Part shown: positions 9,724 through 20,771 of the stretch, piece by piece
How the letters are laid out: each line of letters begins with the position of its first letter
Numbering within the stretch: the stretch's first letter is position 1
NCBI GenBank assembly: GCA_052035175.1
Contig: JBPOHV010000001.1
Coordinates: 233,569 to 297,568, forward strand
DNA length: 64,000 nucleotides
Source: a candidate division WWE3 bacterium
GTDB taxonomy: Bacteria > Patescibacteriota > WWE3 > UBA101185 > UBA10185
Direction: 5' to 3'
The notes under the pieces: model-generated
The model's database searches: none
What the model was told of the DNA's origin: nothing
What the model saw: only the letters and a program-made list of their open reading frames with translations
Translations under genes and position numbers: made by a program

Positions 9724-11556
9724 TTGTGCCCTATGAGTATTCGTAATGTAGCCATAATTGCGCACGTAGACCACGGAAAGACCACTTTGGTAGATGGTTT
9801 ATTGAAGCAATCCCATACTTTTCGTGAGAACGAAGCCTTGATGAGCCAGGATCTTATAATGGATTCAAACGACCAAGAACGCGAGAGAGGCATTACAATT
9901 TTGGCAAAAAACACAGCGGTTACGTATAAAGGAGTCAAAATCAACATAGTCGATACTCCAGGACACGCCGATTTTAGTGGAGAAGTAGAGCGTACTTTGA
10001 ATATGGCTGATGGTGTTTTACTATTGGTCGATGCTCAAGAAGGTCCAATGCCACAAACCAGGTTTGTTTTGAAAAAAGCTTTGGAAGCCGACCTCAAAGT
10101 CATTGTTGTTATAAACAAAATAGACAAACCAAATGCGCGAATCGAAAATACAATTCATCGTTTATCAGATTTATTTTTAGATTTAGCTACAAAAGAAAGC
10201 CAGCTAGAATTTCCTATTATTTATGCAATCGGTCGTGAAGGTAAAGCTTGGTTAACCTTGCCAGAAGATTTTGCAGCACCTGGCGATTTGACAGATATTT
10301 TTGAGGCAATTCTTCAGTACATACCAGAGCCAAATATTGATAACGACGCAGATTTTCAGATGTTGGTAGCAGCATTAGATTGGGATAACCACAAAGGAAA
10401 ATATATTATTGGCAAAATAAACAGGGGAACTATACATCCCAAAGATAAACTAACTTTATTAAAACCAGATGCAAAACCCGAAGAAGTTTTGGTAGATAAG
10501 ATTTATGTAAACCAAGGCCTTAAAAGAGTGGAAGCCCCAGCTGGGATTTCTGGGGATATTGTCGCTATAACTGGTGTCGACAATGCAGATATTGGAGATA
10601 CTGTAGCTGCAGGAAATACCCCAGTGGCATTGCCTACAATTAAAATTGCAGAACCAACCATGAGCATCTCTGTAGGTCCAAATACATCGCCATTCAAAGG
10701 AACAGAAGGGTCACAATTTAATGGTAGTCAAATACAAAAAAGAATAATGAAAGAGTTGCAAACTAATGTAGCAATGAAATGTACGATAAGTGAAGATAAT
10801 AAATTTATTTTATCAGGACGAGGCGAATTACATTTATCTGTATTTTTAGAAACATTAAGAAGAGAAGGGTTTGAGATCGAAGTTGGTAAACCCAAAGTTA
10901 TAACCAAAGTGATCGATGGCGTAAAGATGGAACCAGTTGAAGAATATACAATTGATGTAGCCACAGAGTATCTTGGCGCTGTAAATGGCGAACTCGGTAA
11001 ACGTAGTGGTATTTTGGTAAATCAAGAAGATACAACTCCAGGATATTCACGACTTGCCTTTGAAGTAAAAACTCGAAATGCATTGGGATTAAATAGTGCA
11101 TTGCTTACACTTACAAAAGGTACCAGTACAGTGAGCTCCACATTTTTGAGATATGCACCTGCAACTACAGAAATAAGAAATCCACGTAAAGGTGCAATTG
11201 TCGCCTCAGAAGCAGGCAAGGCCGCTCCTGTTGGTTTACGCGCAGCTCAAGAAAAAGGACCAATATTTATCGGACTTCAAACAGCAGTTTACATGGGTAT
11301 GATTGTAGGTCTTAATGGGCGTGATAATGAAATCGAAATAAATGTATGTAAAGGTAAAAACCTAGCTAACAAAACTCGTTCAAAAGGTGAAGAGGCAGTT
11401 ATCATAAACCCACACGTTGTTATGAGTTTGGAACAATGTTTAGACTTTTTGGAAGACGACGAATTGTTGGAGATTACACCTTTGAACTTACGGCTTCGCA
11501 AAAAAATACTCGACCAAACACTCAGGTATAGAGCAATAAGAAATAACGCTCAGTAA
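9724..11556 (+). CDS. typA: Translational GTPase TypA/BipA
   Basis: AIIAHVDHGKTTL, DTPGHADF and NKID GTPase motifs, about 600 aa with the EF-G-like architecture. The likely true start is Met at 9733. Confidence 0.85.
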   Translation: MCPMSIRNVAIIAHVDHGKTTLVDGLLKQSHTFRENEALMSQDLIMDSNDQERERGITILAKNTAVTYKGVKINIVDTPGHADFSGEVERTLNMADGVLLLVDAQEGPMPQTRFVLKKALEADLKVIVVINKIDKPNARIENTIHRLSDLFLDLATKESQLEFPIIYAIGREGKAWLTLPEDFAAPGDLTDIFEAILQYIPEPNIDNDADFQMLVAALDWDNHKGKYIIGKINRGTIHPKDKLTLLKPDAKPEEVLVDKIYVNQGLKRVEAPAGISGDIVAITGVDNADIGDTVAAGNTPVALPTIKIAEPTMSISVGPNTSPFKGTEGSQFNGSQIQKRIMKELQTNVAMKCTISEDNKFILSGRGELHLSVFLETLRREGFEIEVGKPKVITKVIDGVKMEPVEEYTIDVATEYLGAVNGELGKRSGILVNQEDTTPGYSRLAFEVKTRNALGLNSALLTLTKGTSTVSSTFLRYAPATTEIRNPRKGAIVASEAGKAAPVGLRAAQEKGPIFIGLQTAVYMGMIVGLNGRDNEIEINVCKGKNLANKTRSKGEEAVIINPHVVMSLEQCLDFLEDDELLEITPLNLRLRKKILDQTLRYRAIRNNAQ

Positions 11557-11570
11557 AGTTAACCTACTTT

Positions 11571-14087
11571 TTAGTCACGTCCTAAGTATTTGTAATAAAG
11601 TGTTTTTACCGTTTCTGTAGACACAAAATATCCGCAGACAATCATAAAAATAAACATAAAATCTTTTGTGCTTGGCGGTGTAAATGAAAAGACTTGAGAA
11701 CCCAATTTTGTAAGCGGAATAAATATAGTTGCTACTGCAGCTGTTACTGTTAGTATAATGATCTGAAGAGATGGGCGCACTTTAGCTTTGAAAGCACTCA
11801 ATCGCGTGCGAATAGAATATATCAGAACTAACTCAGTGAGTATTGATCCTATAAACCAGTTTGTCTGTAAGTGTTGATTACTTCCGTATCTAAAGATAGC
11901 GAACATCATAAAATCAAAACATGTACTAACCAAACCTAAAATTGTTGCTAGCAATACCATGTCGCGTATATCATAGCTTTTAGGATTTCTTAGCTCTTCA
12001 TGTTCGACATTATCTGTAGCAATAGCAGTCATAGGAAAGTCAGATAATAAATTCACCAGCAAAATTTGTACAGGTAGCATTGGAAGATAGTCTATTAAAA
12101 AGGTTGCAAATGCCATTGCATAAAAGTTTCCAAAATTAGAGGCTAATGTTGCTTTAATATAATTTGTAACATTGATAAATGTTTTTCGACCCTCTTCAAT
12201 ACCATCAACAATGACTTGCAAATTATTCTCCAACAAAACTACGTCGGCGACTTCTTTTGAAATATCTGCCGCAGTATTTACAGCTATTGCAACTCCAGCT
12301 ACTTTTAGCGCTGGTGCATCGTTTATGCCGTCTCCAAGATAGCCTACTTCGTATTTCTTTTGAAGTAGTTCTATAATCTGATATTTCATTTCAGGTGATA
12401 CTCGTGCAAAAACATTTATCGATTCTAATACTTGATATTTTTCAGTAATGTTTAGTTTGTCAAAGCTTTCTCCTGTAATCACATCTTCAGGCGAAGTTGC
12501 TATTCCTACGTTATATGCAACTGCACCAGCAACTTCGGCGCTGTCTCCGGTTATAATTTTTACTTTTATTCCAAGCCGTTCGGCTTTATCAATTGCTGGT
12601 TTGGTAGTTTCTTTTATCGGGTCAAAAAAAGATATTAGCCCAACCAATTGTAAATTAGCTAAATCATCTTTTGCAGTATATTCATCGAAGTTCCACTCTT
12701 TTTCTGCGATAGCAATGACGCGTTTTCCTTGTTTGCCTTGAGTTGATGTCCAAGAGTTTAGGGGTTCCATCAAATCTTTTGGTGCATTTTGCAAATGTTT
12801 ATAAATAATCTCAGCTGCCCCACGTACTATTATTTTATTATTACCTTTATCACTTATAAGCACACTGTTTATACGGCGTTTTGGGTTGAATGGGATCTCA
12901 AAGACTCTTTTGTACGTTTTGATAGTTGCTAATGCAGTTTTGTTGATTTTATTATAAATTGCGAGGTCGAATGAATTATTTGTAGTTTTAATATTATCAA
13001 CAAGTTCAGCACCGAGTAATCCATAAAGCAAAGTCTTTTCTGGGTTTTCCGAAAAGATGTCTGATACACTAAGCTCATTTTTTGTAATTGTGCCTGTTTT
13101 ATCTGTACACAGTATCTGAATACTACCCATGTCTTCTATAGAACTTAGTCGTTTGACGACAACTTTCTTTTTTGCAAGCTTGGCAGCTCCCATAGATAAA
13201 GAAAATGTTGTAACAAGCGGCATTGCTTCTGGTATGACTCCGACAGCTAGTGCAATAGAAAATATAATTAAATCGGTAGAGCTGACTGTTTGTTTAAACA
13301 ACAAATGCGTGCTTATTACTAGAAGTAATGTGGCCGTAGTGAGAATAAGGATAAACTTACTAAACTTATTTATTTGTTTTTCAAAACTACTTGTGTCTTG
13401 TGTTTCTGTGGTAAGTTTTGTAATTTTTCCGAACTCAGTATCATTACCAACAGCAACAACTATTCCATAAGCCTTTCCTTCTAAGACAGTTGTTCCTGCA
13501 AATACAATATTAGTAGCTTTGTACATAGAACTAATTTCGTGTTTGCTAGGTTCATCAGTTTTTTTAATATGTATTGACTCTCCTGTTAATGTAGATTCGT
13601 CTATCAGAATGTTGTTGTTTTTTATAATTCTTATATCAGCTGGAACTATATCTCCAGTTTCAATGATAACCAAATCTCCTGGGACAAGCTCTTTAGTATT
13701 AATCAGCTGCGGGTTTCCTTCACGTATTACGTTAGCCATTTTTACTATATATTTCTTGAGATACTTTAAAGTCTTTTCAGATTTATATTCCTGAAAAAAC
13801 CCTAGAAGGACATTTATAATAACGAAAGATAATACCAAAGACCCGTCGATCCATTCTTTCAATGAAAACGAAATCACACTAGCGCCTAGCAATAAGTAAA
13901 CAAAAGCAGATCTAAATTGTCTTATCAAAATATGCCACCATTTTGTTTCTGCCATTTCTGTATAGACATTACCGAGAGCCTTGAGTCTGTTAGCTGCTTC
14001 TAAGGCGGTCAAACCCTTTGTAATAGATGTATTTAAACTGCGTTCGAGCTGAGTATTTGTGAGTGTTGTAAATTTTGAAACCCTCAT
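11571..14087 (-). CDS. P-type cation-transporting ATPase (type II/III, Ca2+/Mg2+-like)
   Basis: CTDKTGTIT phosphorylation motif. GDGINDAPALK. TGES. About 10 TM helices. Length 838 aa. Confidence 0.85.
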   Translation of the reverse strand: MRVSKFTTLTNTQLERSLNTSITKGLTALEAANRLKALGNVYTEMAETKWWHILIRQFRSAFVYLLLGASVISFSLKEWIDGSLVLSFVIINVLLGFFQEYKSEKTLKYLKKYIVKMANVIREGNPQLINTKELVPGDLVIIETGDIVPADIRIIKNNNILIDESTLTGESIHIKKTDEPSKHEISSMYKATNIVFAGTTVLEGKAYGIVVAVGNDTEFGKITKLTTETQDTSSFEKQINKFSKFILILTTATLLLVISTHLLFKQTVSSTDLIIFSIALAVGVIPEAMPLVTTFSLSMGAAKLAKKKVVVKRLSSIEDMGSIQILCTDKTGTITKNELSVSDIFSENPEKTLLYGLLGAELVDNIKTTNNSFDLAIYNKINKTALATIKTYKRVFEIPFNPKRRINSVLISDKGNNKIIVRGAAEIIYKHLQNAPKDLMEPLNSWTSTQGKQGKRVIAIAEKEWNFDEYTAKDDLANLQLVGLISFFDPIKETTKPAIDKAERLGIKVKIITGDSAEVAGAVAYNVGIATSPEDVITGESFDKLNITEKYQVLESINVFARVSPEMKYQIIELLQKKYEVGYLGDGINDAPALKVAGVAIAVNTAADISKEVADVVLLENNLQVIVDGIEEGRKTFINVTNYIKATLASNFGNFYAMAFATFLIDYLPMLPVQILLVNLLSDFPMTAIATDNVEHEELRNPKSYDIRDMVLLATILGLVSTCFDFMMFAIFRYGSNQHLQTNWFIGSILTELVLIYSIRTRLSAFKAKVRPSLQIIILTVTAAVATIFIPLTKLGSQVFSFTPPSTKDFMFIFMIVCGYFVSTETVKTLYYKYLGRD

Positions 14088-14157
14088 ATTTTAATTATAC
14101 CTTTCTTCATTTGTATGGACTATTTAGACTTTATGAAAATGATAGTATCATTAATAT

Positions 14158-14616
14158 ATGAAAGTCCTGATTTCTTACGCTTCAAACTCAGGTAGTACTT
14201 ATCTTGTTTCACAGTTAATCAAAGAAACTTTGGTTGCTTTGCGACATGATGTAGTTTTACAAAAGTCCTTAGATACACAAGTCAAAGATGTTATAAATGC
14301 TGATGTTTGGTTAGTAGGTTCACCTAGCTGGAAAGTGAACAATAAAGAAGGTCAACCCCATGAAGATATCTTAGAGATGATGTCACGACTAAAAGATCAA
14401 AACCTAGACAAAAAAAAGGTAGCGCTATTTGGATGCGGTGATAGCGCATATTTAACTTTTTGCGGTGCAGTAGATGAACTCGAACTATTTATAAAAAAGG
14501 TTAATGCACATCAGCTTGTTCCATCTTTAAAAATTGATGGATTTTATTTTGATATCGAAACAAATAGTAAGAAAACAAAAGCATGGGCGACTGTTTTATC
14601 TGAAATGTTCAAGTAA
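14158..14616 (+). CDS. Flavodoxin
   Basis: SNSGST FMN-phosphate-binding loop near the N-terminus. Length 152 aa. Adjacent to the OFOR genes. Confidence 0.6.
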   Translation: MKVLISYASNSGSTYLVSQLIKETLVALRHDVVLQKSLDTQVKDVINADVWLVGSPSWKVNNKEGQPHEDILEMMSRLKDQNLDKKKVALFGCGDSAYLTFCGAVDELELFIKKVNAHQLVPSLKIDGFYFDIETNSKKTKAWATVLSEMFK

Positions 14617-15453
14617 GTCTGATATATCTCTTTTTGATTCTTTCAAGTCTATCAAAGTTGTATCTTTTGTTTGAGTAATTTGTTCTTCGTAAGTAGGTTT
14701 TTGCACTTGATAAAAAATTCCTACTGGTATTTTACCTAAATCCCACTCTAGACTTTTTGCAAATGCAGCGGCTTTATCTGTTTTGTCGTGTTGTTTATCT
14801 AAATAATAAATATTTTTTTGATAAAAGTTGTGTGTATACATACTGTTAAAGGTTACGCATGGTTGCAAAACATCTACTATGGCAAATCCTTTGTGGTGAT
14901 TTGCTTGGACAAAGATATTTTGTAAAGTTTCTATATCTCCAGAGTAAGCTCGTGCGACAAATGTTGCTCCAGAGGCAATAGCTAAACTAAGTGGTGACAG
15001 TGGTTCTTCAAAGTTTCCTGCCGGAGTGGATTTTGATTTAAACCCATGGGGTGATCTTGGCGAAGTTTGTCCAGTAGTCAACCCGTATATTGCATTGTCG
15101 TGCAATACTAAGGTTATATCGTGATTGCGTCTGCATGTATGAATAAAATGATTTCCACCTTCTGATAGACAATCACCATCACCAGAAAAAATAAAAATAT
15201 TGAGCTTCGAATTTGCCATTTTCATGCCGCTAGCTACTGGGAGTGATCTTCCATGTAAACCTTCAAATGTGCTAAATTCTAAAAAATTAGAAATATGCCC
15301 ATGACAGCCTATACCTGCAAATGCAACTGTATTAGTTGCGTCCCATTTTTCTGCTTTAGCTGCTTGTAAAAACGCAGTCCATATTGCAAAATTTCCACAG
15401 CCTGGACACCAGTTGAGTGTATTTGGTGTTTTTAGATTTTCTGTAATGCTCAT
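14596..15453 (-). CDS. 2-oxoacid:ferredoxin oxidoreductase beta subunit (TPP-binding)
   Basis: CPGCG motif and a GDG TPP-binding region. Start reassigned to the ATG at 15453, which overlaps the alpha-subunit stop as ATGA. The ORF track extends it to 15582. Confidence 0.8.
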   Translation of the reverse strand: MSITENLKTPNTLNWCPGCGNFAIWTAFLQAAKAEKWDATNTVAFAGIGCHGHISNFLEFSTFEGLHGRSLPVASGMKMANSKLNIFIFSGDGDCLSEGGNHFIHTCRRNHDITLVLHDNAIYGLTTGQTSPRSPHGFKSKSTPAGNFEEPLSPLSLAIASGATFVARAYSGDIETLQNIFVQANHHKGFAIVDVLQPCVTFNSMYTHNFYQKNIYYLDKQHDKTDKAAAFAKSLEWDLGKIPVGIFYQVQKPTYEEQITQTKDTTLIDLKESKRDISDLLEHFR

Positions 15454-17162
15454 AACTGATTTATCCTTTCTATTATTTCTTCTGGGTAAAATGGTCTTCC
15501 GTCGTATTTGTTTATAGAGTGTTCTATATTTATTAATGTTTTTTCTTTTAATAAGCCAAGCATCTGCATCGAATAATTGCATTCAATATTGATTATTCTT
15601 TTTGCTTTCTTAAGTATCTGTGTAACTTGCTCTGTCGGAAATGGGTTTATCCAGGTTAAATGCAAATAATTAGTATTTTTCAAATCTTTTAAAGCTTCGA
15701 TAATAGGTCCTTTATTACTACCCCACGATACAATAGTTGTATCTGCTTCTTGTGGTCCATAGAGAATGGGGGATTGCATATCTTCTATTTCACAAGTCTC
15801 CAATTTTTTCATGCGTTTGTGCATTTGCAAGTTTCTTGTTTCTATATCTTCGGTAGAGTATCCTTTTTCGTTGTGTTCGTCAGAGTTGGCCATTACGATA
15901 TTGCCAGATCCTGGAATCGACCGTTGAGAAATTCCGTTGTCGTTCAAGTTATACCTTTTGTAATCCTTAAGAATTTTTGTTGTGTAATTGCCTCTATCAT
16001 ATTTGTATTGTTCGTATTCAAATTCTTTAACGCTCATATGACTTTCGCATACGTATTTGTCTACTATAACAACTACAGGTGTTTGATACTTGTCGGCGAG
16101 GTTGAATGCTTGCATAGCTAAATGAAAACATTCTTCTATATCACCCGCGGCGAGTATAATTCTTGGAAAATCACCTTGGTGCGCATGCAAAATAAATCTA
16201 AGATCTCCTTGTTCTGTCCATGTTGGTAGACCAGTTGCAGGAGCTCCACGCATGCCTTCGATAATTACGACAGGCGTTTCTGTTATACCTGCTAGTCCAT
16301 AACCCTCGCTCATCAAGCAAAACCCACCCCCAGAAGTTGCTACCATCGATCTTGCTCCAGCATATGATGCCCCAATTGCCATATTAATTGCACTTATTTC
16401 GTCTTCTGGTTGTTTGTATACAAAATTATATTTTTCTTGAAGTGGTGCAAGTATATGCAAAATATTTGATGTCGGTGTCATTGGGTAAATTGCTGCAAAT
16501 TTCATACCAGCAGCAATCGCTCCCAAAGCTATGGCTTCGTTTCCAGTTATGACTATTTGTTTATTTTTATTGTCTCGAGTTTCTAGATTTGTATTTATCT
16601 TGCTTTTATAATTATCGATAATATACTTGTAACCCAATTCGCATGCCAACATGTTGATGTTTAGGACCTCTTCATTCTTATTGTTTAGTTCTTCTTTTAT
16701 CAAATCTTTCAATATGTGTAGGTTACTACTTGTCAATGCCACAAGCGCTCCAACTGCAATCGTATTTCTCATTATGTAGCTGCCTTTGATACTTTTGACC
16801 ATATCAATCAGAGGTATTGCGATGATATTTACATTTTGATTTACTTTGTCTGTATTAATAGGTTGATTACTGTCATAAATAAGGTAGCTATTTTTTGTCA
16901 GTTCATGTGCATGCAAATCAATTGTTTCTTGGTTTAGCGCAATAAGTATATCTGTGGATTTAAATTGAGAGCACACCTGATTAGTTGAAACTGAAATTTG
17001 CATTACGTTATGTCCGCCGCGAATTAAGGATGGGTATTCCGTATAGTCAAATATATGATATCCAGATCTTGTAGCAATTTTTGAAATTAGTAGACCGGCT
17101 GACATTACGCCGGCACCAGCTTCTCCTCCTACTTTTATTGTTTGGGCAGTATTCATTGTCAT
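15450..17162 (-). CDS. 2-oxoacid:ferredoxin oxidoreductase fused gamma/alpha subunit
   Basis: N-terminal gamma-like domain followed by the alpha pyrimidine-binding domain. 570 aa, typical of two-subunit OFORs. Confidence 0.8.
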   Translation of the reverse strand: MTMNTAQTIKVGGEAGAGVMSAGLLISKIATRSGYHIFDYTEYPSLIRGGHNVMQISVSTNQVCSQFKSTDILIALNQETIDLHAHELTKNSYLIYDSNQPINTDKVNQNVNIIAIPLIDMVKSIKGSYIMRNTIAVGALVALTSSNLHILKDLIKEELNNKNEEVLNINMLACELGYKYIIDNYKSKINTNLETRDNKNKQIVITGNEAIALGAIAAGMKFAAIYPMTPTSNILHILAPLQEKYNFVYKQPEDEISAINMAIGASYAGARSMVATSGGGFCLMSEGYGLAGITETPVVIIEGMRGAPATGLPTWTEQGDLRFILHAHQGDFPRIILAAGDIEECFHLAMQAFNLADKYQTPVVVIVDKYVCESHMSVKEFEYEQYKYDRGNYTTKILKDYKRYNLNDNGISQRSIPGSGNIVMANSDEHNEKGYSTEDIETRNLQMHKRMKKLETCEIEDMQSPILYGPQEADTTIVSWGSNKGPIIEALKDLKNTNYLHLTWINPFPTEQVTQILKKAKRIINIECNYSMQMLGLLKEKTLINIEHSINKYDGRPFYPEEIIERINQL

Positions 17163-17200
17163 TTTATTTTCTCATATTTTTTTCTAAAACTTCTTTTTTC

Positions 17201-19297
17201 TTATAATATGATCCTAGCATCTACAGCCCATACACCTTCAGAGTTTGCAATGAGCGGATTTATTTCGATCTCATTTATCTGCGGATACATTTCACATAAT
17301 GTTTCTAGCTTTTGTATAACACTAACAATCTCTTCTACGTCAACTTTTGGTGTATTACGGTATCCATTTAACATAGGAAATACTGGTGACTTTAAAATCA
17401 TTTGACGTATGACATCATCATTTGTGGGTAAAATTAATATTTCAGAATTTGAAAATAGCTCTGCATATATGCCTCCAGCTCCGAATAACACTGCATTGCC
17501 AAAATTTATATCTTTTTTTATACCAATGATAAGTTCTACACCTAGTATTTGTTCTTGAATGACAAAACGCATTTTGTTATCTGCTAGCATGTCTAACTGT
17601 TTTTTACTGTTAAGAAGTTCTTGGTCAGACTTAATGTTTGTAATTACTGCGTGTTTCTCGGTTTTGTGCATAATGTTTGGTGAAGCGGCTTTTAATACGA
17701 TAGGATACTTTATTTCTGGCGCAAGATTATCCAACGATATCTGTGCAAATTCTTTATTTTTATCTAAAACCACAGTTTTTGGCGTTAGTATGCCTAGGTA
17801 GCCTAATAAATTAATGTCACTGTAAAAATCTTGCTTGTTTTCAAGAAGATTAGCAATTTTAGAAAAGTTGAGTTTATCTATTTCTGAAGTATTTATTAGT
17901 GACGTAACTGTGTTTTGTTGTTGTGCAAATTGTTGCCATTTCCACATTTTAGCGATTGCATTAATAGCACGTTCGGGGAAGTTGAAAGCTGCGATTTCAT
18001 GTTCACATAAAATATCAATACCAATTTGTGTCTGTGTGCCGCCAATAAATGCGCAAACAATTGGTTTATTTGTTTTAGATTTAAAGCTGGAGAGAAGTTG
18101 TGCAGTTTTATTTATTTCTGTCATAACTTGTGGCGTAAGGATTACCAAAATAGTGTCTGCGCTTTTTTCTTCGAGAACTGCTTCTAGAGCGTCTTGATAT
18201 CTTTGTGTTATTGCATCACCTAGTATATCTACAGGATTTATAATGCTTGCTGATCTGGGTAATTTACTCATTAGAATGTCTTGTGTTTTAGTGCTTAAGC
18301 TAGCCAGTTTTAGGTCAGTTGTTTCAAGTGCGTCTGTAGAAATTACAGCTGGGCCACCTGCATTTGATATTATTGCAACATTTGGACCTTGTGGAATTTT
18401 GCTCCACGTAAATGCTTTTGATAAATCAAATAAGGTTTCTAATGTATCGCATATTATTACACCATATTGCTTCAGCGCTGCTTCGGTAATTTTTGATTCA
18501 CCTGCGATAGCTCCTGTATGAGACTGCATTGCTTTTTTTGCTCCAGCAGACTTTCCAGGCTTCAACATAAATACTGGGTGGTCAACAATTATTTTTGATA
18601 ATAGTGATAAAAACTTTTTACCGTCAGAAATCGACTCTAGATACATTCCTATAGGGGCATGTGTTGTATTAAACAGTTTATCTTTGAGCCAATATTCTAA
18701 AACATCGTTCTCAGTAATATCTGATTTATTACCTAGTGTTACAAAGTTTGAGAATCCAAAGTTATTATTTTGTGCGAAATCAAATAAACTTGATGCAATA
18801 GCACCAGATTGTGAAATAAAATGTAAAGAGCCTGCTTTTTCGGTTACAGCTCCAAATGTCGCGTTTAAATGTGCATTTGCGTTTAAAAATCCCATGCAAT
18901 TAGGTCCGAGCATGTTTATTTTATAGTGATTAATTATTTCTACAGCTTTGTTTTCAAGTATTACGCCTTCTTTTCCGATTTCTTTGAATCCAGCAGCTAG
19001 CACAATACAATTTTTGATTCCCATTTTTCCTATTTGTTCTAGTGTTGGTAGTACCAGATTTGCTGGAATTGCAAGAATCGCAAGGTCTGGTTTTTGTGGG
19101 AGAAGATCTATTGACGCATAAGTTTTAATACCCAAAATTGTAGTTGCATTTGGATTTACAAGAAAAATATCATGCTTGTATCCTGAGGCTAAGATATTTT
19201 TAAGTACAATATTGCCAATTTTTTTCTGATCTCTTGAGGCACCAACAATAGCTATTGAGTGCGGGTTAAACATTGTGTCAAGATCTCTTAAGGGCAT
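17201..19297 (-). CDS. Acetyl-CoA synthetase (ADP-forming), fused alpha/beta (CoA-binding + ATP-grasp)
   Basis: N-terminal CoA-binding Rossmann segment (IAIVGAS..KIG), succinyl-CoA-synthetase-like domains and a C-terminal ATP-grasp. Length 698 aa. Confidence 0.8.
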   Translation of the reverse strand: MPLRDLDTMFNPHSIAIVGASRDQKKIGNIVLKNILASGYKHDIFLVNPNATTILGIKTYASIDLLPQKPDLAILAIPANLVLPTLEQIGKMGIKNCIVLAAGFKEIGKEGVILENKAVEIINHYKINMLGPNCMGFLNANAHLNATFGAVTEKAGSLHFISQSGAIASSLFDFAQNNNFGFSNFVTLGNKSDITENDVLEYWLKDKLFNTTHAPIGMYLESISDGKKFLSLLSKIIVDHPVFMLKPGKSAGAKKAMQSHTGAIAGESKITEAALKQYGVIICDTLETLFDLSKAFTWSKIPQGPNVAIISNAGGPAVISTDALETTDLKLASLSTKTQDILMSKLPRSASIINPVDILGDAITQRYQDALEAVLEEKSADTILVILTPQVMTEINKTAQLLSSFKSKTNKPIVCAFIGGTQTQIGIDILCEHEIAAFNFPERAINAIAKMWKWQQFAQQQNTVTSLINTSEIDKLNFSKIANLLENKQDFYSDINLLGYLGILTPKTVVLDKNKEFAQISLDNLAPEIKYPIVLKAASPNIMHKTEKHAVITNIKSDQELLNSKKQLDMLADNKMRFVIQEQILGVELIIGIKKDINFGNAVLFGAGGIYAELFSNSEILILPTNDDVIRQMILKSPVFPMLNGYRNTPKVDVEEIVSVIQKLETLCEMYPQINEIEINPLIANSEGVWAVDARIIL

Positions 19298-19349
19298 ATA
19301 AAAAGTGTAACACGCTTATACGTTGTAGCTATATCTTTTTGCTTCAAGA

Positions 19350-20753
19350 TCACATTTTCATGCCTGCTGGCATAGCTTGTGGTGTTATTACTCCTACAGT
19401 AACGTCATTGTTACCTCGACAGTTTGTTCGCTCATTTTTGTTGTTAAAGCATATATCATATTCGTATATAGTTGATGCACTAGGATCTCCTTGTCTAACA
19501 GCTCTATTAAAAAAAGCAGTTCCTTCTGGTACTCCAGCGTCTACTATAAATGGAACGCAATCTAATCCTACTGAGCAATCGTTTACTATATTGCCTCTTC
19601 GATCTGTAAAGCCATTAAACGGGCCTTTTGGTAGGTTTAAAAATCTTGCAGTAAAGAGTTGAACTGCTGTGTGATTGTGCTTGCAATCTCCTTTTTCACA
19701 CACAAACAGTTGCAATGATGAATCTGCAGGATCTATATATCCCCAAGCGTCATCAAATGTCCAAGCACTTCCAAAGATCACATTATATCTATCTGGGTAA
19801 TATGGAAAGTCTATTGGATTTGGTCCCAAGTTATTCCAGAATTGTATAACACTGTTGTTTTTAAGGCTGCGATCAATCAGGCTTTTGGGAATAATAGTTC
19901 GATATGGTGGTTGGTTGATAGCTACTGTATCTGGTAATTTACCACCGTCAGTTGCTAATGGTAATGGGTCATTACTAAGCGGACAATGTGTTTTTTTGTA
20001 TGGACAATGTAATGTACCATAATCTGCCCATCCACCGGTTTGTACAAATCCGCATTTAGTCATATCTTGCTGATCACATACGCGTGCAACTACTCTATAG
20101 CTATGGTAGCGAGTAGTTAACTCTGCTGTGGTTCCTATAGAATGTACGCCATAAAGTATATGTGTTATGCAACTAAATTCCTCAGTTTTGAGCTCTGGGC
20201 TGTTTTTAAAAAGCTCGCAACCATTTTTTGCTTCATCATATATATAAAAGTAGCCTTTATGTTTATATAAATTTTCATTTGGTGTCTGCCAAGGATAGCT
20301 TATCTCTTGGTCCCATTCTTTTACTATGCCAGAAAAGATTGTTTTTGAAGGATCAGCACCATGTGTATGATCATAGAAGCATCCTTTTTCGTCATTCCAA
20401 ACTCCATGATAGTCAGTGTCATTGTGATCTGTACACATTGGGGCGCCTTTAAATGGCTGTATTCCTGTATATTGTTGTATAACAACATCTTCGACTGGAA
20501 TGATATCTGAACCTGGTTCAGGACGTGGCGCAGTTGTTGTGTTAGTAGAAGAAGATACAGCGCTTCTTACCCTATCTGCTACCCAGTCAACAACAGAGGT
20601 TGTCCCGCGGGTGTTAGTTGCAGAACGTACTTGTCCTGTTTGTACACGATCGGTTACTGAGTAACTTGTTAAGATAGTGAAAGCAAATACAGTAATTAAT
20701 AACATAGCGATTCCAATATTTATTATTCCATTTTGTTTTTGATAATTAGGCAT
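19350..20753 (-). CDS. Cys-rich secreted/membrane-anchored protein of unknown function
   Basis: N-terminal TM helix and a Ser/Thr-rich linker, followed by a Trp/Tyr/Cys-rich domain with more than 20 Cys. Confidence 0.5.
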   Translation of the reverse strand: MPNYQKQNGIINIGIAMLLITVFAFTILTSYSVTDRVQTGQVRSATNTRGTTSVVDWVADRVRSAVSSSTNTTTAPRPEPGSDIIPVEDVVIQQYTGIQPFKGAPMCTDHNDTDYHGVWNDEKGCFYDHTHGADPSKTIFSGIVKEWDQEISYPWQTPNENLYKHKGYFYIYDEAKNGCELFKNSPELKTEEFSCITHILYGVHSIGTTAELTTRYHSYRVVARVCDQQDMTKCGFVQTGGWADYGTLHCPYKKTHCPLSNDPLPLATDGGKLPDTVAINQPPYRTIIPKSLIDRSLKNNSVIQFWNNLGPNPIDFPYYPDRYNVIFGSAWTFDDAWGYIDPADSSLQLFVCEKGDCKHNHTAVQLFTARFLNLPKGPFNGFTDRRGNIVNDCSVGLDCVPFIVDAGVPEGTAFFNRAVRQGDPSASTIYEYDICFNNKNERTNCRGNNDVTVGVITPQAMPAGMKM

Positions 20754-20771
20754 TGAAGGAATACTATCAGA

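Noticed and set aside
14596-15582. The long form of the OFOR beta subunit that begins at 15582.
   Set aside because: Its N-terminal 43 codons lie inside the alpha-subunit gene. The conserved protein begins at the Met encoded at 15453, which forms an ATGA overlap with the alpha stop.
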